DNA of 39,803 bases, from positions 1 through 39,803 of the forward strand of contig JAYZFK010000045.1 in NCBI GenBank assembly GCA_036336835.1, read 5' to 3'. Below the pieces are notes generated by a model. The model did not search any database, had not been told where the DNA came from, and worked only from the letters and a program-made list of their open reading frames with translations. Positions within the stretch are counted from its first letter, which is position 1. Every line of letters starts with the position of its first letter. The position numbers and the translations under genes were made by a program. This document shows, one piece after another, positions 1 to 9,382 of this stretch. This stretch comes from Myxococcota bacterium. GTDB lineage: Bacteria > Myxococcota_A > UBA9160 > UBA4427.

Positions 1-696
1 AATAGCTATATGCCCGACCGGCTGAGCGCTCTTCCGGTCTTGCCGACGTCATCCCCGGAAGAAGCGGTGGATGAGTTGCACCGCGTCCTCAAACTCGGCC
101 ACCGCGGCGCGTTATTGATGGCTTTCGAGATCGACGCAGCCGATACGAAGTGGGACCTGCTGTGGGCCGCAGCAGCCGAGGCCGGAGTTCCGCTGAGTTT
201 TCATATCGGCCGCGGGAGTGACAAGCTCGATCCCGGGCGTGGAGGCTGGCAGATCGCGGCCTTTGCCGCGATAGCGCCAATCCAACTCGACGAGCCCTTC
301 GCGATCATGATGTTCTCCGGTGTTCTCGAGCGGCATCCGAAGCTGAAGCTCGTCCTGGCCGAGTCGGGTGTCGGTTGGCTCCCCTACCTCATCAAGCGCA
401 TGGACGCGACCTTCGAGAAGCACTGCAAGCCAGCGCGGGACGGCATGATCACCACGCGACCCAGTGAGATCTTCCGACGCCAGGTCTTTGCCACCTTCGA
501 AGAGGAGCCTTTTGGCCCACAGCTGATTCCACTGCTCGGACCCGACAACTTCATGTGGGCCTGCGACTACCCGCACCCGGACAGCACCTGGCCCGAGTCG
601 CGCAAGGCCATCGACGAGGCCCTCGGCAGCCTGGGAGAGGAGGTGATCCGCAAGGTGACGGGAGAGAACTGCAAGCAGCTCTACAAGCTGGCCTGA
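1..696 (+). CDS. Amidohydrolase_2 family metal-dependent hydrolase/decarboxylase (5' truncated by window edge)
   Basis: Frame open from base 1. Motifs 'PLSFHIG', 'GVLERHPKLKLVLAESGVGW' and 'MWACDYPHPD' are typical of amidohydrolase_2; the N-terminal DxDxH metal motif lies outside the window. Confidence 0.85.
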   Translation, partial: NSYMPDRLSALPVLPTSSPEEAVDELHRVLKLGHRGALLMAFEIDAADTKWDLLWAAAAEAGVPLSFHIGRGSDKLDPGRGGWQIAAFAAIAPIQLDEPFAIMMFSGVLERHPKLKLVLAESGVGWLPYLIKRMDATFEKHCKPARDGMITTRPSEIFRRQVFATFEEEPFGPQLIPLLGPDNFMWACDYPHPDSTWPESRKAIDEALGSLGEEVIRKVTGENCKQLYKLA

Positions 697-705
697 GCCG
701 CGGGC

Positions 706-2157
706 TCAGCGCCGGAAGTCGAGCGGCGGATCGCGCTCGCCGACCAGCGCGCGGTACTGGAAGTCCGGCCCTCGCCGGTCCTCAAACTCGGCGCGCGCCG
801 TTGTGAGCGAGGACGGGTCGAGCAGCAGGTCCACTGCGGTCATGGCGAGGGCCTCCGTGGCGACACGCATGCCCTTCGCGCCGATCGACGTGCCACCGGC
901 CGCCACCGCCTGCCAGCTGTGGGGTGCCGTTCCGGGGACCCAGCTGGCACCGCTGAGCCCCGCCGTCGGCACGTTCCAGCTCACGTCCCCGACGTCGGTG
1001 GACCCCGGGTAGGACTGGTCATCGCGAGGCGCAATCGTTTCCTGATCACCGATCTCGGCGGTCGGCTGCTCGAAGGTGGTGTAGAGCGCCTCGGCGAAGG
1101 CCTGCTCCTCCGCGTCGTAGGTCACGCCGCCCACCGTCGTCAGGTTCTCGAACAGCAGGAGTGAGAGCGTCTCGTTGAACAAGAGGCTGTGACTGCCGTG
1201 GATCACCTCGTGATCGACGCTCGTCCTGGTTCCCCGTGCGGCGGCCTCCGAGATCTCGGCGATGCGCTGCCACAGACTCTCCACGCGGAGGGGATCGGGG
1301 TGTCGCAGGTAGAGGTAGAGCTCGGCGAAGTCGGGGACGACGTTGGGCGCCGCGCCACCCCGGGTGATGATGTAGTGAATCCGGGTTTCCTGGGGTACGT
1401 GCTCGCGGAGCAGGTTCACCATGAACGTCATCGCCTCGACGCCGTCGAGGGCCGAGCGGCCTCTGTCCGGTGCCGCCGCCGCGTGGGCTGCGTAGCCCCG
1501 AAAGCGAAACTTGGCGGACTTGACCGCGAGCATGCTGCCCCAGGTCACGCCGTTCTGGCCGCTGGGGTGCCAGTGCAGCATTGCATCGACGTCGGAGAAC
1601 GCGCCGGCCCGCGTGAGATAGACCTTGCCCGCGCCCCCCTCCTCGGCGGGAGAGCCGTAGACGCGAATCGTGCCGGGCGCGCCGCTCTCCGCCAGCCAGC
1701 GGCTCACCGCGATTCCGGTCGCGATGCTGCCCGCTCCGAACAGGTGGTGACCGCACGCGTGACCGGGCGCGCCGGCAGTGCGCGGCTGGCGGTGCGGAAC
1801 CGCGTCCTGCGAGAGGCCGGGCAGGGCGTCGAACTCCGCCAGCACGCCGATGACCGGCTCTCCCTCGCCGAAGCTTGCCTGGAAGGCTGTTGGCATCCCC
1901 GCGATTCCCGGCTCCACCTGGAAGCCGGCGCTCGCGAGCTCGTCCTGCAGCAGCTTCGAGCTCCTCTCTTCCTGGTAGCCGAGCTCGGCGTACTCCCAGA
2001 TCAGCTGGGCAACGGCGCCCGCGCGCTCGCTGTAGGCCGCCACTGCGGCTCGCACTGCGCCGCTCGCTGCGTCCCGCTCGCTCTCGGCGCGGCCGAGGGT
2101 GGGCGCGACGACCAGCAGGCCGGCGGTCCAGCACGCCAACAGGCTTCGGTGGGGCAT
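706..2157 (-). CDS. M20 family amidohydrolase, AbgB (aminobenzoyl-glutamate hydrolase subunit B)-like, with signal peptide
   Basis: Motifs 'ELGYQEERSS', 'LAEFDALPGLSQ', 'GHACGHHLFG', 'GSPAEEGGAGK', 'WHP', 'GSTDVGDVSW', 'HSWQ'. Start moved to ATG 2157 (GGGAG upstream; MPHRSLLACWTAGLLVVAPTLGRA resembles a Sec signal). Confidence 0.85.
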   Translation of the reverse strand: MPHRSLLACWTAGLLVVAPTLGRAESERDAASGAVRAAVAAYSERAGAVAQLIWEYAELGYQEERSSKLLQDELASAGFQVEPGIAGMPTAFQASFGEGEPVIGVLAEFDALPGLSQDAVPHRQPRTAGAPGHACGHHLFGAGSIATGIAVSRWLAESGAPGTIRVYGSPAEEGGAGKVYLTRAGAFSDVDAMLHWHPSGQNGVTWGSMLAVKSAKFRFRGYAAHAAAAPDRGRSALDGVEAMTFMVNLLREHVPQETRIHYIITRGGAAPNVVPDFAELYLYLRHPDPLRVESLWQRIAEISEAAARGTRTSVDHEVIHGSHSLLFNETLSLLLFENLTTVGGVTYDAEEQAFAEALYTTFEQPTAEIGDQETIAPRDDQSYPGSTDVGDVSWNVPTAGLSGASWVPGTAPHSWQAVAAGGTSIGAKGMRVATEALAMTAVDLLLDPSSLTTARAEFEDRRGPDFQYRALVGERDPPLDFRR

Positions 2158-2301
2158 CTCGTGTTCTCCCTGCGCAGCACCATGCCACAGCCAGCGACCA
2201 GCGGTGTGGAGCGGGTGGTGGAACTCGACCGGCCAAAGGGCTACGCCCTGGAGCGCTCGCGGTCGGGCGGGAGACCAAGCTTGCAAGCCAAACGCGCCGC
2301 C

Positions 2302-3342
2302 GTGTTGAAGCCGCTCCTGAGCGTCGTCGCGGTGGTCGTCGTGGTGGGGCTGCCCGAGCTCCTGCTGCGCGCGCTCGGCTACCAATACGAATCGGGTGTC
2401 GAGTTCCGGATCCCGGAAGAGGACCCGAGCTTCATCACCTACCAGCCCGACCCGCACCTGCTCTTCAAATTCGATCCGGCGCACCCCAGGGTCAACAGCC
2501 TCGGCTTCCCCGATGGCGAAGTGGTGCTTCCCAAACCGCCCGGCGTGTTTCGCATCCTCTTCCTGGGCGACTCCTGCACCCAGCAGGGCTATCCGGGCGA
2601 GGTTGCCGCGCGCCTGGCCGAGACCCGCGGTCCCGATGGCCCGGCTTTCGATTCGGTCACGCTGGCCGTGGCCGGCTACAGCTCCTTCCAGGGGCGGGTG
2701 ATCGCCGAGCGCCTGGCCGGCGGGCTGGAGGGAGATCTCGCCGTCGTCTACTTCGGGTGGAACGACCACTGGCTCGCCAACGGCGCACCCGACTCCAAGC
2801 GGATCGCCGTGCAGACCGAGCTGAGTCGGCTCGAGCGGTTCGTCCGGTCCGTCCACGAACGCTCGCGTCTGATGCAGGGGCTCGTGCAGCTCCAGGTCGG
2901 CCTGCGGCGCTGGGGCGATCCCGTGTCCTCACAGCTGCGCGTGCCGATTGCGGAGTACCGCTCGAACCTCGAAGAGATCGAGCGTCGCCTGCGCGCACTC
3001 GGGATGCCGGTGGTGTTGCTGACCGCTCCGACCTCCCACTACCTGTTCGGCGCGCCCGCCTCGCTGGTGCAGGACCGCTTCGCCGTCGACACGGATTCGG
3101 TGCCCCGCCTGCACCGCGCCTACAACCAGATCGCGCGCGAGGTCGCGCGCGAGACGGGCGCCGCGCTACTCGATCTGGAGCGAGACCTGTTCGAGCTGTC
3201 TCCCAGGCGCCTCTCCCGAATCTTTACGGACGACGGCATCCACTTCAGTGACGACGGGATCCAGTTCGTGTCGAGGCGCATCGCGCGCTTCCTGCGCGAG
3301 CGGGGTCTCGTCCCCAGCCAGGCTGTCTCGCCGCCCGGCTGA
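2302..3342 (+). CDS. SGNH/GDSL hydrolase family protein with N-terminal membrane anchor
   Basis: Block I 'LFLGDSCT', block II 'AVAGYSS', block III 'YFGWND', block V 'DDGIHF'; hydrophobic N-terminus 'LLSVVAVVVVVGLPELLLR'. Start uncertain (GTG 2302 or TTG 2281). Confidence 0.8.
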   Translation: MLKPLLSVVAVVVVVGLPELLLRALGYQYESGVEFRIPEEDPSFITYQPDPHLLFKFDPAHPRVNSLGFPDGEVVLPKPPGVFRILFLGDSCTQQGYPGEVAARLAETRGPDGPAFDSVTLAVAGYSSFQGRVIAERLAGGLEGDLAVVYFGWNDHWLANGAPDSKRIAVQTELSRLERFVRSVHERSRLMQGLVQLQVGLRRWGDPVSSQLRVPIAEYRSNLEEIERRLRALGMPVVLLTAPTSHYLFGAPASLVQDRFAVDTDSVPRLHRAYNQIAREVARETGAALLDLERDLFELSPRRLSRIFTDDGIHFSDDGIQFVSRRIARFLRERGLVPSQAVSPPG

Positions 3343-3362
3343 CGCTGGAACGATCATTGGGA

Positions 3363-4181
3363 TCAGTTTGCGACGGGCACGGCGACCGCGTGTTTGCCGA
3401 TGGCCACACGCCGCAGGGTGCGGGGTTCGGACACATCGGGGCGCGCGTGCTGGAGCGCCCAGTTGTCCCAGAAGACCAGGTCTCCGGTTCGCCAGTGGTG
3501 CTCGTAGACGTGCTCGGGTCGGTACAGATGGTCCAGCAGCTCGTCGAGCAGCGCCCGGGACTCGGCTTCCGGCAGGCCCTCGATCCGGTCGGTCTGCATG
3601 GCGTTGACGTATAGGATTGGCCGGTCGAGCTCGGGATGCCGCCAGAGCACCGGGTGGCTGGCGCGGGGTGCGTCCGAAGGCAGATCGGCGACGCGGTAGC
3701 GCACGTCCCCGCGCTGGCCGACGAGGTCGAAGGTGTGCAGCGCAGTGCGACCCGAGAGCCGCTCGCGCAGCGCCGCCGGCAGGGTCTCAGCGGCGCGGAT
3801 CGCATTCGCGAACCGCGTCGGCGCGACGTCCTCGGGCGTGTCGACCGCAAACAGCGAAATGCCGCGCAGTGGATCGGGCGTAAAGGCCAGGTCCGAGTGG
3901 AAGAAGAGTGCTCCGTGTCGGATGGTCGCGTCGGGCCGGACGTTCGACACGTAGCTGAAGGGCGAGCCGTCCAGTGTCTCGACCAGCGGCTCTCCGAAGT
4001 GTCGGATCAGGCCCAGCTGCTCGTCCGGCGTCCAGTTTCGGCCCCGAATCAACAGCAGGTGATGCCGCTCCCAGGTGGCTCGGATCTTGCGCAATGACGT
4101 CTCGGGCAGTCGTCGCGCGGGCTGTAGGCCGCGCACCTCCACGCCGAGGGCGGGAGACAGCTCGGCGAGCGCGATCGGCAT
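3363..4181 (-). CDS. TauD/TfdA family Fe(II)/2-oxoglutarate dioxygenase
   Basis: 'LSPALGVEVRG', HxD motif 'FFHSDLAF', 'HPVLWRHPE', 'WRTGDLVFWDNWALQHAR'. Confidence 0.9.
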   Translation of the reverse strand: MPIALAELSPALGVEVRGLQPARRLPETSLRKIRATWERHHLLLIRGRNWTPDEQLGLIRHFGEPLVETLDGSPFSYVSNVRPDATIRHGALFFHSDLAFTPDPLRGISLFAVDTPEDVAPTRFANAIRAAETLPAALRERLSGRTALHTFDLVGQRGDVRYRVADLPSDAPRASHPVLWRHPELDRPILYVNAMQTDRIEGLPEAESRALLDELLDHLYRPEHVYEHHWRTGDLVFWDNWALQHARPDVSEPRTLRRVAIGKHAVAVPVAN

Positions 4182-4226
4182 GTTCTTCTTCCTCTGGAAT
4201 GAGACCGGTGGGAAGCTTGGAGCTGC

Positions 4227-6611
4227 TCAGTCGGGCTCCGCCACGACGCCGCGCTCCAGCAGCGCCGCGATCTCGGCTTCGCCGTAGTCGAGCTCTGCGA
4301 GCAGTGCGCGAGTGTCTTCGCCCGCTCGGAAGGCACCGCGCAGGGGCCCCGTCTCGCGATCCTGTGTGACCAGCTTGCCGTAGCGGCGGTAGGCGCCCTG
4401 CGCGCTGTCGCTCTCGGCGACCTCGGTGTACCAGCCGAGCTGCGCCGCGTTTGGATGCTGGTAGATCCAGCGCGCGGGAGGGCCTTCGTCGGCGCGCACG
4501 CAGGCGACGCCTCGTTCCGTGAGGCGCTGCTCCCAATCGTCGGCACTGCGTGTGGCAAACAGTTGCACGAGCTCGCCGGCGAGTTCCTCGTCGTGGCGCG
4601 CGCGGGACTCCGCGGCGGCGAAGCGCGAGTCCTCGAGCAGCGCCGCGCAGCCGGCCGCCGCGCACAAGCGCTCGAAGTCGCGCTGCGCCGGTGCCGCCAG
4701 GAACACCCAGCCCTGCGACGTGGCGTACAGGCGGTACAGCGCGCCCAGGCCCAGCAGCTGCGCGTCTGGGAGCTCGCGCGCGGGACGTCCCTCGAAGTCG
4801 ACGAAGTCCTTCGAGTTGGTGTAGGCGTTGGTGAGCATCATGCGAGTCTCGAGCGCCTGGCCCCGGCCCGTGCGCTCGCGCGTGTACAGCCCCAGCGCCA
4901 GTGCCGCGGCGACGCCCGCGGCAGCATTGAAGTCGGGGTTGCCCTCGTTGGCGAGCTCGAGCCGCCGCGACAGGCTCGCGATCTCGCGGAGCGAGAGCGG
5001 CGTGTCGCCGGGCGGCAATGCATCCGAGCCGGCCTGAGCGCGGGCGCCGCCGCTGATCGCCCCGGCGGTCACGTGGAAGGCCGGCTTCGAGGACATCGGC
5101 CCGGTCGAGCCGTAGGACGCGCCGTACAGGTAGACCAGTCGCGGATTGATCTCTCGCAGCGTCTCCCAGTCGATGCCCAGCCGCTCGGGCACGCCGGGTC
5201 GGTAGTTGTGTGCGAGGGCGTCGGCGCGCGCGACCAGGCGATGTGCGATCTCGCGACCCTCGGGTGTCTTCAGATCCAGCGCGATGCTCTGCTTGCCCTG
5301 GACCATCTTGGTGCCGATGGCGGCAGGGCCGCGCATCGGATCGCCGCCGAGCGGCTCGACCTTGATCACCCGCGCGCCGAGATCGGCCATCAGCGTGGCG
5401 CCGAACGGGGTCGCAATCCAGGTGGCAAACTCGAGCAGCGTCACGCCCTCGAACAGCCCGCCCGACGCGGGCGGAGCGGTGGGCTCGATCCCAGCCAGCG
5501 CAGGCGAGGTCCAGCCGCGGGCGGCCGCGTCGCCGAGTGCGGGGACACGCGGACCGGGACGTCCGGGCGTCTCGGACAGGCGGATCAGCGGGCCGAGCTG
5601 GCGCACACCGTCGAGCTCGATCGAGTCGCCCGTGCTCGCGAGCTGTGGGTGGTCGAGCGCCTCGCCGGGCGAGAGGAAGGGTTCCGCCGAGATCTCGCGT
5701 TCGCCGGCAAAGATCTCCTGCCACTCGGGCCAGGTGCGTGTGAGCATGCGCTCCTGCAGGCTGGTGCGGAAGGCCTGCAGCTGCTCGATCTTCTGGCCGC
5801 GCAGATCCATCGGCGGAGAGACGTTCGGGTCGAGGTCGAGCACGCGGACCAGCGCGCCGAACAGGCGCGGTCCGTTCTGCGCAAACTGCACCCAGACGCC
5901 GTCGGCGGTGCGCGCGACGCTGTACGGGATGAAGGGCATGTCCACATAGCTCGGCTCCCAGGACGCGCCCGGGAACCACGACATCATGTCGTAGACGGTG
6001 AGCGCCTGGAGCAGACTGGTCTCGAGCCGCTGACCGCGTCCGGTGCGCTCGCGCTCGCGCAGCGCGCCCAGCACTCCCTGCAGGGTGAGCATTGCGGCGG
6101 CGTGCGATGCCACGGGCACCGCGACATAGGCCGGTCGCTCGCCGCCGTGCAGCGAGGCGAACTGTTGCATGCGCCCGCCGCGCGCGCTGACGATCCCGTC
6201 CCAGACGGCCACGTCGCGGAACGGGCCGCGCGTCCCGAAGCCGCTCACGGCGCACTGCACGAGTCGCGGGTTCGATGCGGCCAGCCGCTCCGGATCCAGG
6301 CCGAGGCGGTCGACCGCCGCCGGCTTGAGACCCACCAGCAGCACGTCGGCGTCGACGAGTCGCGCGTCGAGCGCCGCGCGACCCGCGTCGGTCGACAGGT
6401 CGGCGACCAGGCTGCGCTTGCCCCGCGCCCACATCGCGAACGCGGCATGGGAGCGCAGCGCGCTCCCCGTCGGCGGCTCGACGCCGATCACATCGGCCCC
6501 GTTGTCCGCCAGCACCAGGCCCGCGACGGCCACCGATGCGCTCGATCCGAGCTCGATCACCCGCAGGCCGTCGAGGGCCCGCGGCGCAGGATTGGCTTCG
6601 GTCGCTTCCAT
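4227..6611 (-). CDS. Family III (CaiB/BaiF) CoA-transferase, two fused domains
   Basis: Two copies of the family N-terminal motif: 'LDGLRVIELG...LADNGADVIGVEPP' and 'FEGVTLLEFA...MADLGARVIKVEPLGGDPMR'; 'GKRSLVADL' and 'GKQSIALDLK'. Confidence 0.9.
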   Translation of the reverse strand: MEATEANPAPRALDGLRVIELGSSASVAVAGLVLADNGADVIGVEPPTGSALRSHAAFAMWARGKRSLVADLSTDAGRAALDARLVDADVLLVGLKPAAVDRLGLDPERLAASNPRLVQCAVSGFGTRGPFRDVAVWDGIVSARGGRMQQFASLHGGERPAYVAVPVASHAAAMLTLQGVLGALRERERTGRGQRLETSLLQALTVYDMMSWFPGASWEPSYVDMPFIPYSVARTADGVWVQFAQNGPRLFGALVRVLDLDPNVSPPMDLRGQKIEQLQAFRTSLQERMLTRTWPEWQEIFAGEREISAEPFLSPGEALDHPQLASTGDSIELDGVRQLGPLIRLSETPGRPGPRVPALGDAAARGWTSPALAGIEPTAPPASGGLFEGVTLLEFATWIATPFGATLMADLGARVIKVEPLGGDPMRGPAAIGTKMVQGKQSIALDLKTPEGREIAHRLVARADALAHNYRPGVPERLGIDWETLREINPRLVYLYGASYGSTGPMSSKPAFHVTAGAISGGARAQAGSDALPPGDTPLSLREIASLSRRLELANEGNPDFNAAAGVAAALALGLYTRERTGRGQALETRMMLTNAYTNSKDFVDFEGRPARELPDAQLLGLGALYRLYATSQGWVFLAAPAQRDFERLCAAAGCAALLEDSRFAAAESRARHDEELAGELVQLFATRSADDWEQRLTERGVACVRADEGPPARWIYQHPNAAQLGWYTEVAESDSAQGAYRRYGKLVTQDRETGPLRGAFRAGEDTRALLAELDYGEAEIAALLERGVVAEPD

Positions 6612-6704
6612 CGTTTGCCTCGTCGAGTCCGTCCGCAGCGGGTCGAGCCTACCCGGAACGGCGGTGAGCAGGGGGCTGCTCTGCTCGAGGGGTCTCCCGT
6701 GCCA

Positions 6705-7919
6705 TCAGGGGGTCGGGGCAAAGACCGCGGGCAGCTTCGTCAGCCCGTTCACGATCGAGGAGGCAAAGCGCGTCGGTTGTGAGCCCGGTGCGAGCTGCAG
6801 GTCGGGCAGCCGCTCGAGCAGCCGTCCGATCACCACGCGGATCTCCATGCGGGCCAGGTTCGAGCCGAGGCAGAAGTGGCTGCCGAAGCCGAAGCTGATG
6901 TGGTCGTTGGGCCGCCGGTCGATGCGGAAGAGTTCGGGCTCGTCGAAGACGGCCGGATCGCGATTGGCCGAGAGGTAGAGCAGCACGACGGTGCTTCCCT
7001 GCTCGAGCTGTTTCCCCCCGAGCTCGACGTCGTGCATCACGGTCCGCTGCATCGCGCGCACGGGTGTGGTCCAGCGCAGGATCTCGTCGCTGGCAAGGCC
7101 GAGCAGCTCGGGATTGGCCGCGAGGCGCGCGCGCTGCTCCGGGTGGGCGATGAGTGCGCGCATTCCCTGCGAGATCGCGTGGCGCGTCGTCTCGCTGCCC
7201 GCGAGCACCAGGAAGGAGATGAAGCCGAGTACGCCGTCGCCGTCCGGGACACCGGGAAACGGATCCCGACTGAACGAGTCCAGCACGCCGGCCTGGCGGC
7301 CGCGAAGCATGATCGAGATCAGGTCGTCGCGCGGTCGCTCTTCGCGGTCGGCCACTGCCGAGCGCACATAGGACTCGAACTCCTTGGCGGCAATCTCGTC
7401 GTCGCGCGTCTGCAGCGTCGCATCGTGTGCCATCGAGCCCGTCACGGCATCCACCCAGCGCCGGAAGAGCTCGAACTGCGACCCGATGCCGAGCATGTCG
7501 GCGATGATCCGCATCGGGACGGGGAGGGCGATGTCTTCGACCAGATCGCAGCGTCCACGCGCGGCGACCGCGTCGATCGCTTCGTCCGTGTAGCGCAGTG
7601 CGCGCTGCTCGAGTCCGTCGAGGGCACGCGGCGTGAAACCGCGGCTGACCACGTTGCGCGTTCGGTGATGGGCCGGGCCGTCCTGTGCCTGCATCGAGAA
7701 GCGGCTTTCGAAGGCGTGCCACGGGCCCCTGGGCTCCGAGGAGAAGATCTCGGGGTGGCGCGAGACGTGCTTGACGTCCGCGTGGCGGGTGACCAGCCAG
7801 AAGCCGTGCCCGGCGTCCCAGTGGATGGGGTCGCGGTCGCGCAGCGCGGCCAGGGCCGCGACCTCCTGGTCCAGCTCGACCGACAGATCGTCGATCTCGA
7901 ACTCGCTCGGCGACGGCAT
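6705..7919 (-). CDS. Cytochrome P450
   Basis: I-helix 'LVLAGSETT', ExxR 'DEILRW', heme ligand motif 'FGFGSHFCLG'. Confidence 0.95.
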   Translation of the reverse strand: MPSPSEFEIDDLSVELDQEVAALAALRDRDPIHWDAGHGFWLVTRHADVKHVSRHPEIFSSEPRGPWHAFESRFSMQAQDGPAHHRTRNVVSRGFTPRALDGLEQRALRYTDEAIDAVAARGRCDLVEDIALPVPMRIIADMLGIGSQFELFRRWVDAVTGSMAHDATLQTRDDEIAAKEFESYVRSAVADREERPRDDLISIMLRGRQAGVLDSFSRDPFPGVPDGDGVLGFISFLVLAGSETTRHAISQGMRALIAHPEQRARLAANPELLGLASDEILRWTTPVRAMQRTVMHDVELGGKQLEQGSTVVLLYLSANRDPAVFDEPELFRIDRRPNDHISFGFGSHFCLGSNLARMEIRVVIGRLLERLPDLQLAPGSQPTRFASSIVNGLTKLPAVFAPTP

Positions 7920-7999
7920 CAGTCCGCCGAGACCGCGAGCCCCGTCTGGCGGCGTGCGTCGTCGATTGGCGTTGCGGGGTTCATCTCATGCCGGGTCAT
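7919..7999 (-). CDS. Putative 26-aa leader peptide (MTRHEMNPATPIDDARRQTGLAVSAD) coupled to the P450
   Basis: ATG at 7999 preceded by GGAG; its TGA overlaps the P450 ATG (TGATG at 7917-7921). Too short for the ORF track. Confidence 0.35.
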   Translation of the reverse strand: MTRHEMNPATPIDDARRQTGLAVSAD

Positions 8000-8016
8000 C
8001 GTCTCCGAGACCGACG

Positions 8017-8046
8017 ATGATGGACGCCGCGCTCGATCGTTGTCAA
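8017..8046 (-). promoter_or_regulatory. Candidate sigma70-type promoter for the P450/CoA-transferase/TauD genes
   Basis: On the minus strand, TTGACA (8046-8041), an 18-bp spacer and CATCAT (8022-8017). The -10 overlaps the inverted repeat TCATCGTC-N9-GACGATGA (7996-8020). Confidence 0.45.
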
Positions 8047-8050
8047 ATGC

Positions 8051-9382
8051 TCACGAGCGGTGTGCCGCCGCGATGTCCTCGCCGAGCGTGCGCTCGGCCA
8101 GCCAGTTGTGCAGCGAGCCGAGCAGGTGTGCGAAGGCGACGATCAGCAGCGCGTAGCGCAGTGCATCGGTGCCGAGCGACGGCGTGAAGCGGTCGCTCAG
8201 CCCCCCCACCAGCACCGGGCCCAAGCCCAGGCCGATCAGGTTGTAGCTGCCCGTCGTGATCGCAGAGGCCAGCGCGCGCATCCGGGGCTTCGCGATAGTC
8301 TGGGTCATTGCCAGGGTTGGCCCGGTCCACATGCCACCGAGAAACGACGCGGGCAGCACCACGAGCAGCGCCACCGGCCAGGCTCTGCCGCCGAGCGCGA
8401 AGGTCGAGCCCGCCGGCCACATCACGAAGGCAACGGTCGAGGGCAAGGCGGCCAGGGCGCTCAGCGCGGGCAGGCGCATGTACCAGCGTATGTCGCGGCG
8501 GCCGAGCCGGTCGGCGAGGCGCCCGCCGACGAGCGCGCCGATCGCCGAGAGCAGCGGGCCCACCAGTGCGTAGCTGACGCCCGCCGCCGCGAGGTCCAGA
8601 CCGTGGATGCGGCCCAGGTAGGCCGGATACCAGAATGCCGTGCCCATACTCGAGAAGGCGTGGAAGGCCGACGCGATCACCATGTGGAGGTAGGCGCGGC
8701 GTTGGCGCAGGTACGTCACGACCTCGCGCAGCGGCAGCGCGGCCTCGGTCACGTCGATGCCGTCGAGCGCGCCGCGCTCGGGCTCGCGCACCGCGGCGCG
8801 CACCACGAGCGCGAGCAGCAGTCCGGGCGCGCCGAACGAGAAGAACGCCGCCCGCCAGCCCCACTGTTGCGCGATCACTCCACCGATTGCGAGGCCAAGC
8901 CCGATGCCGGCCACGCCGCCGACCGAGATCATGCCGAGCGCCGTCGCGCGTTGGTGGACCGGGAAGTAGTCCGCAACCAGCGAGTGCACCGGCGCGCTGC
9001 CCGTGGTCTCTGCTGCGCTCACCCCGATGCGCGCCAGCAGCAGCTGCAGGAAGTTCTGCACGAAGCCGGATAGCGCCGTGAAGCCGCTCCACAGAAAGAG
9101 CCCCGTGGCGATGATCGAGCGGCGGTTGCTGCGATCGGCCAGGCGGGCCACCGGGAGGATCGCCAGGCTGTGCACCACCGCGAACCAGAAGCCACCGAGC
9201 AGCCCCATCGACGTATCCGAGATCCCGAACTCCGCCTGGATCGGACGCACCAGCACCGACAGCAGATTGCGATCCGCAACATTGAGCGCGGTGGTCAGCA
9301 TCAGCAGTGCCATCACGAACCAGGCCGTGCGCGTCGCGTCGGCCGGCGGGCCGGCGGCGGGTGAGGACGAGGGCGCGATCAT
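8051..9382 (-). CDS. MFS transporter (spinster-like)
   Basis: 'LNVADRNLLSVL', motif A 'ARLADRSNRR' and 'GGRLADRLGRRD', multiple hydrophobic helices. Start ATG 9382 overlaps the stop of the upstream SDR (ATGA). Confidence 0.9.
   Translation of the reverse strand: MIAPSSSPAAGPPADATRTAWFVMALLMLTTALNVADRNLLSVLVRPIQAEFGISDTSMGLLGGFWFAVVHSLAILPVARLADRSNRRSIIATGLFLWSGFTALSGFVQNFLQLLLARIGVSAAETTGSAPVHSLVADYFPVHQRATALGMISVGGVAGIGLGLAIGGVIAQQWGWRAAFFSFGAPGLLLALVVRAAVREPERGALDGIDVTEAALPLREVVTYLRQRRAYLHMVIASAFHAFSSMGTAFWYPAYLGRIHGLDLAAAGVSYALVGPLLSAIGALVGGRLADRLGRRDIRWYMRLPALSALAALPSTVAFVMWPAGSTFALGGRAWPVALLVVLPASFLGGMWTGPTLAMTQTIAKPRMRALASAITTGSYNLIGLGLGPVLVGGLSDRFTPSLGTDALRYALLIVAFAHLLGSLHNWLAERTLGEDIAAAHRS

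Noticed and set aside
7919..7999. Small ORF as a P450-modified RiPP precursor (biarylitide/cittilin type)
   Set aside because: The peptide has no Tyr or Trp (a single His), so it lacks the aromatic pairs those P450s crosslink. The context is catabolic.
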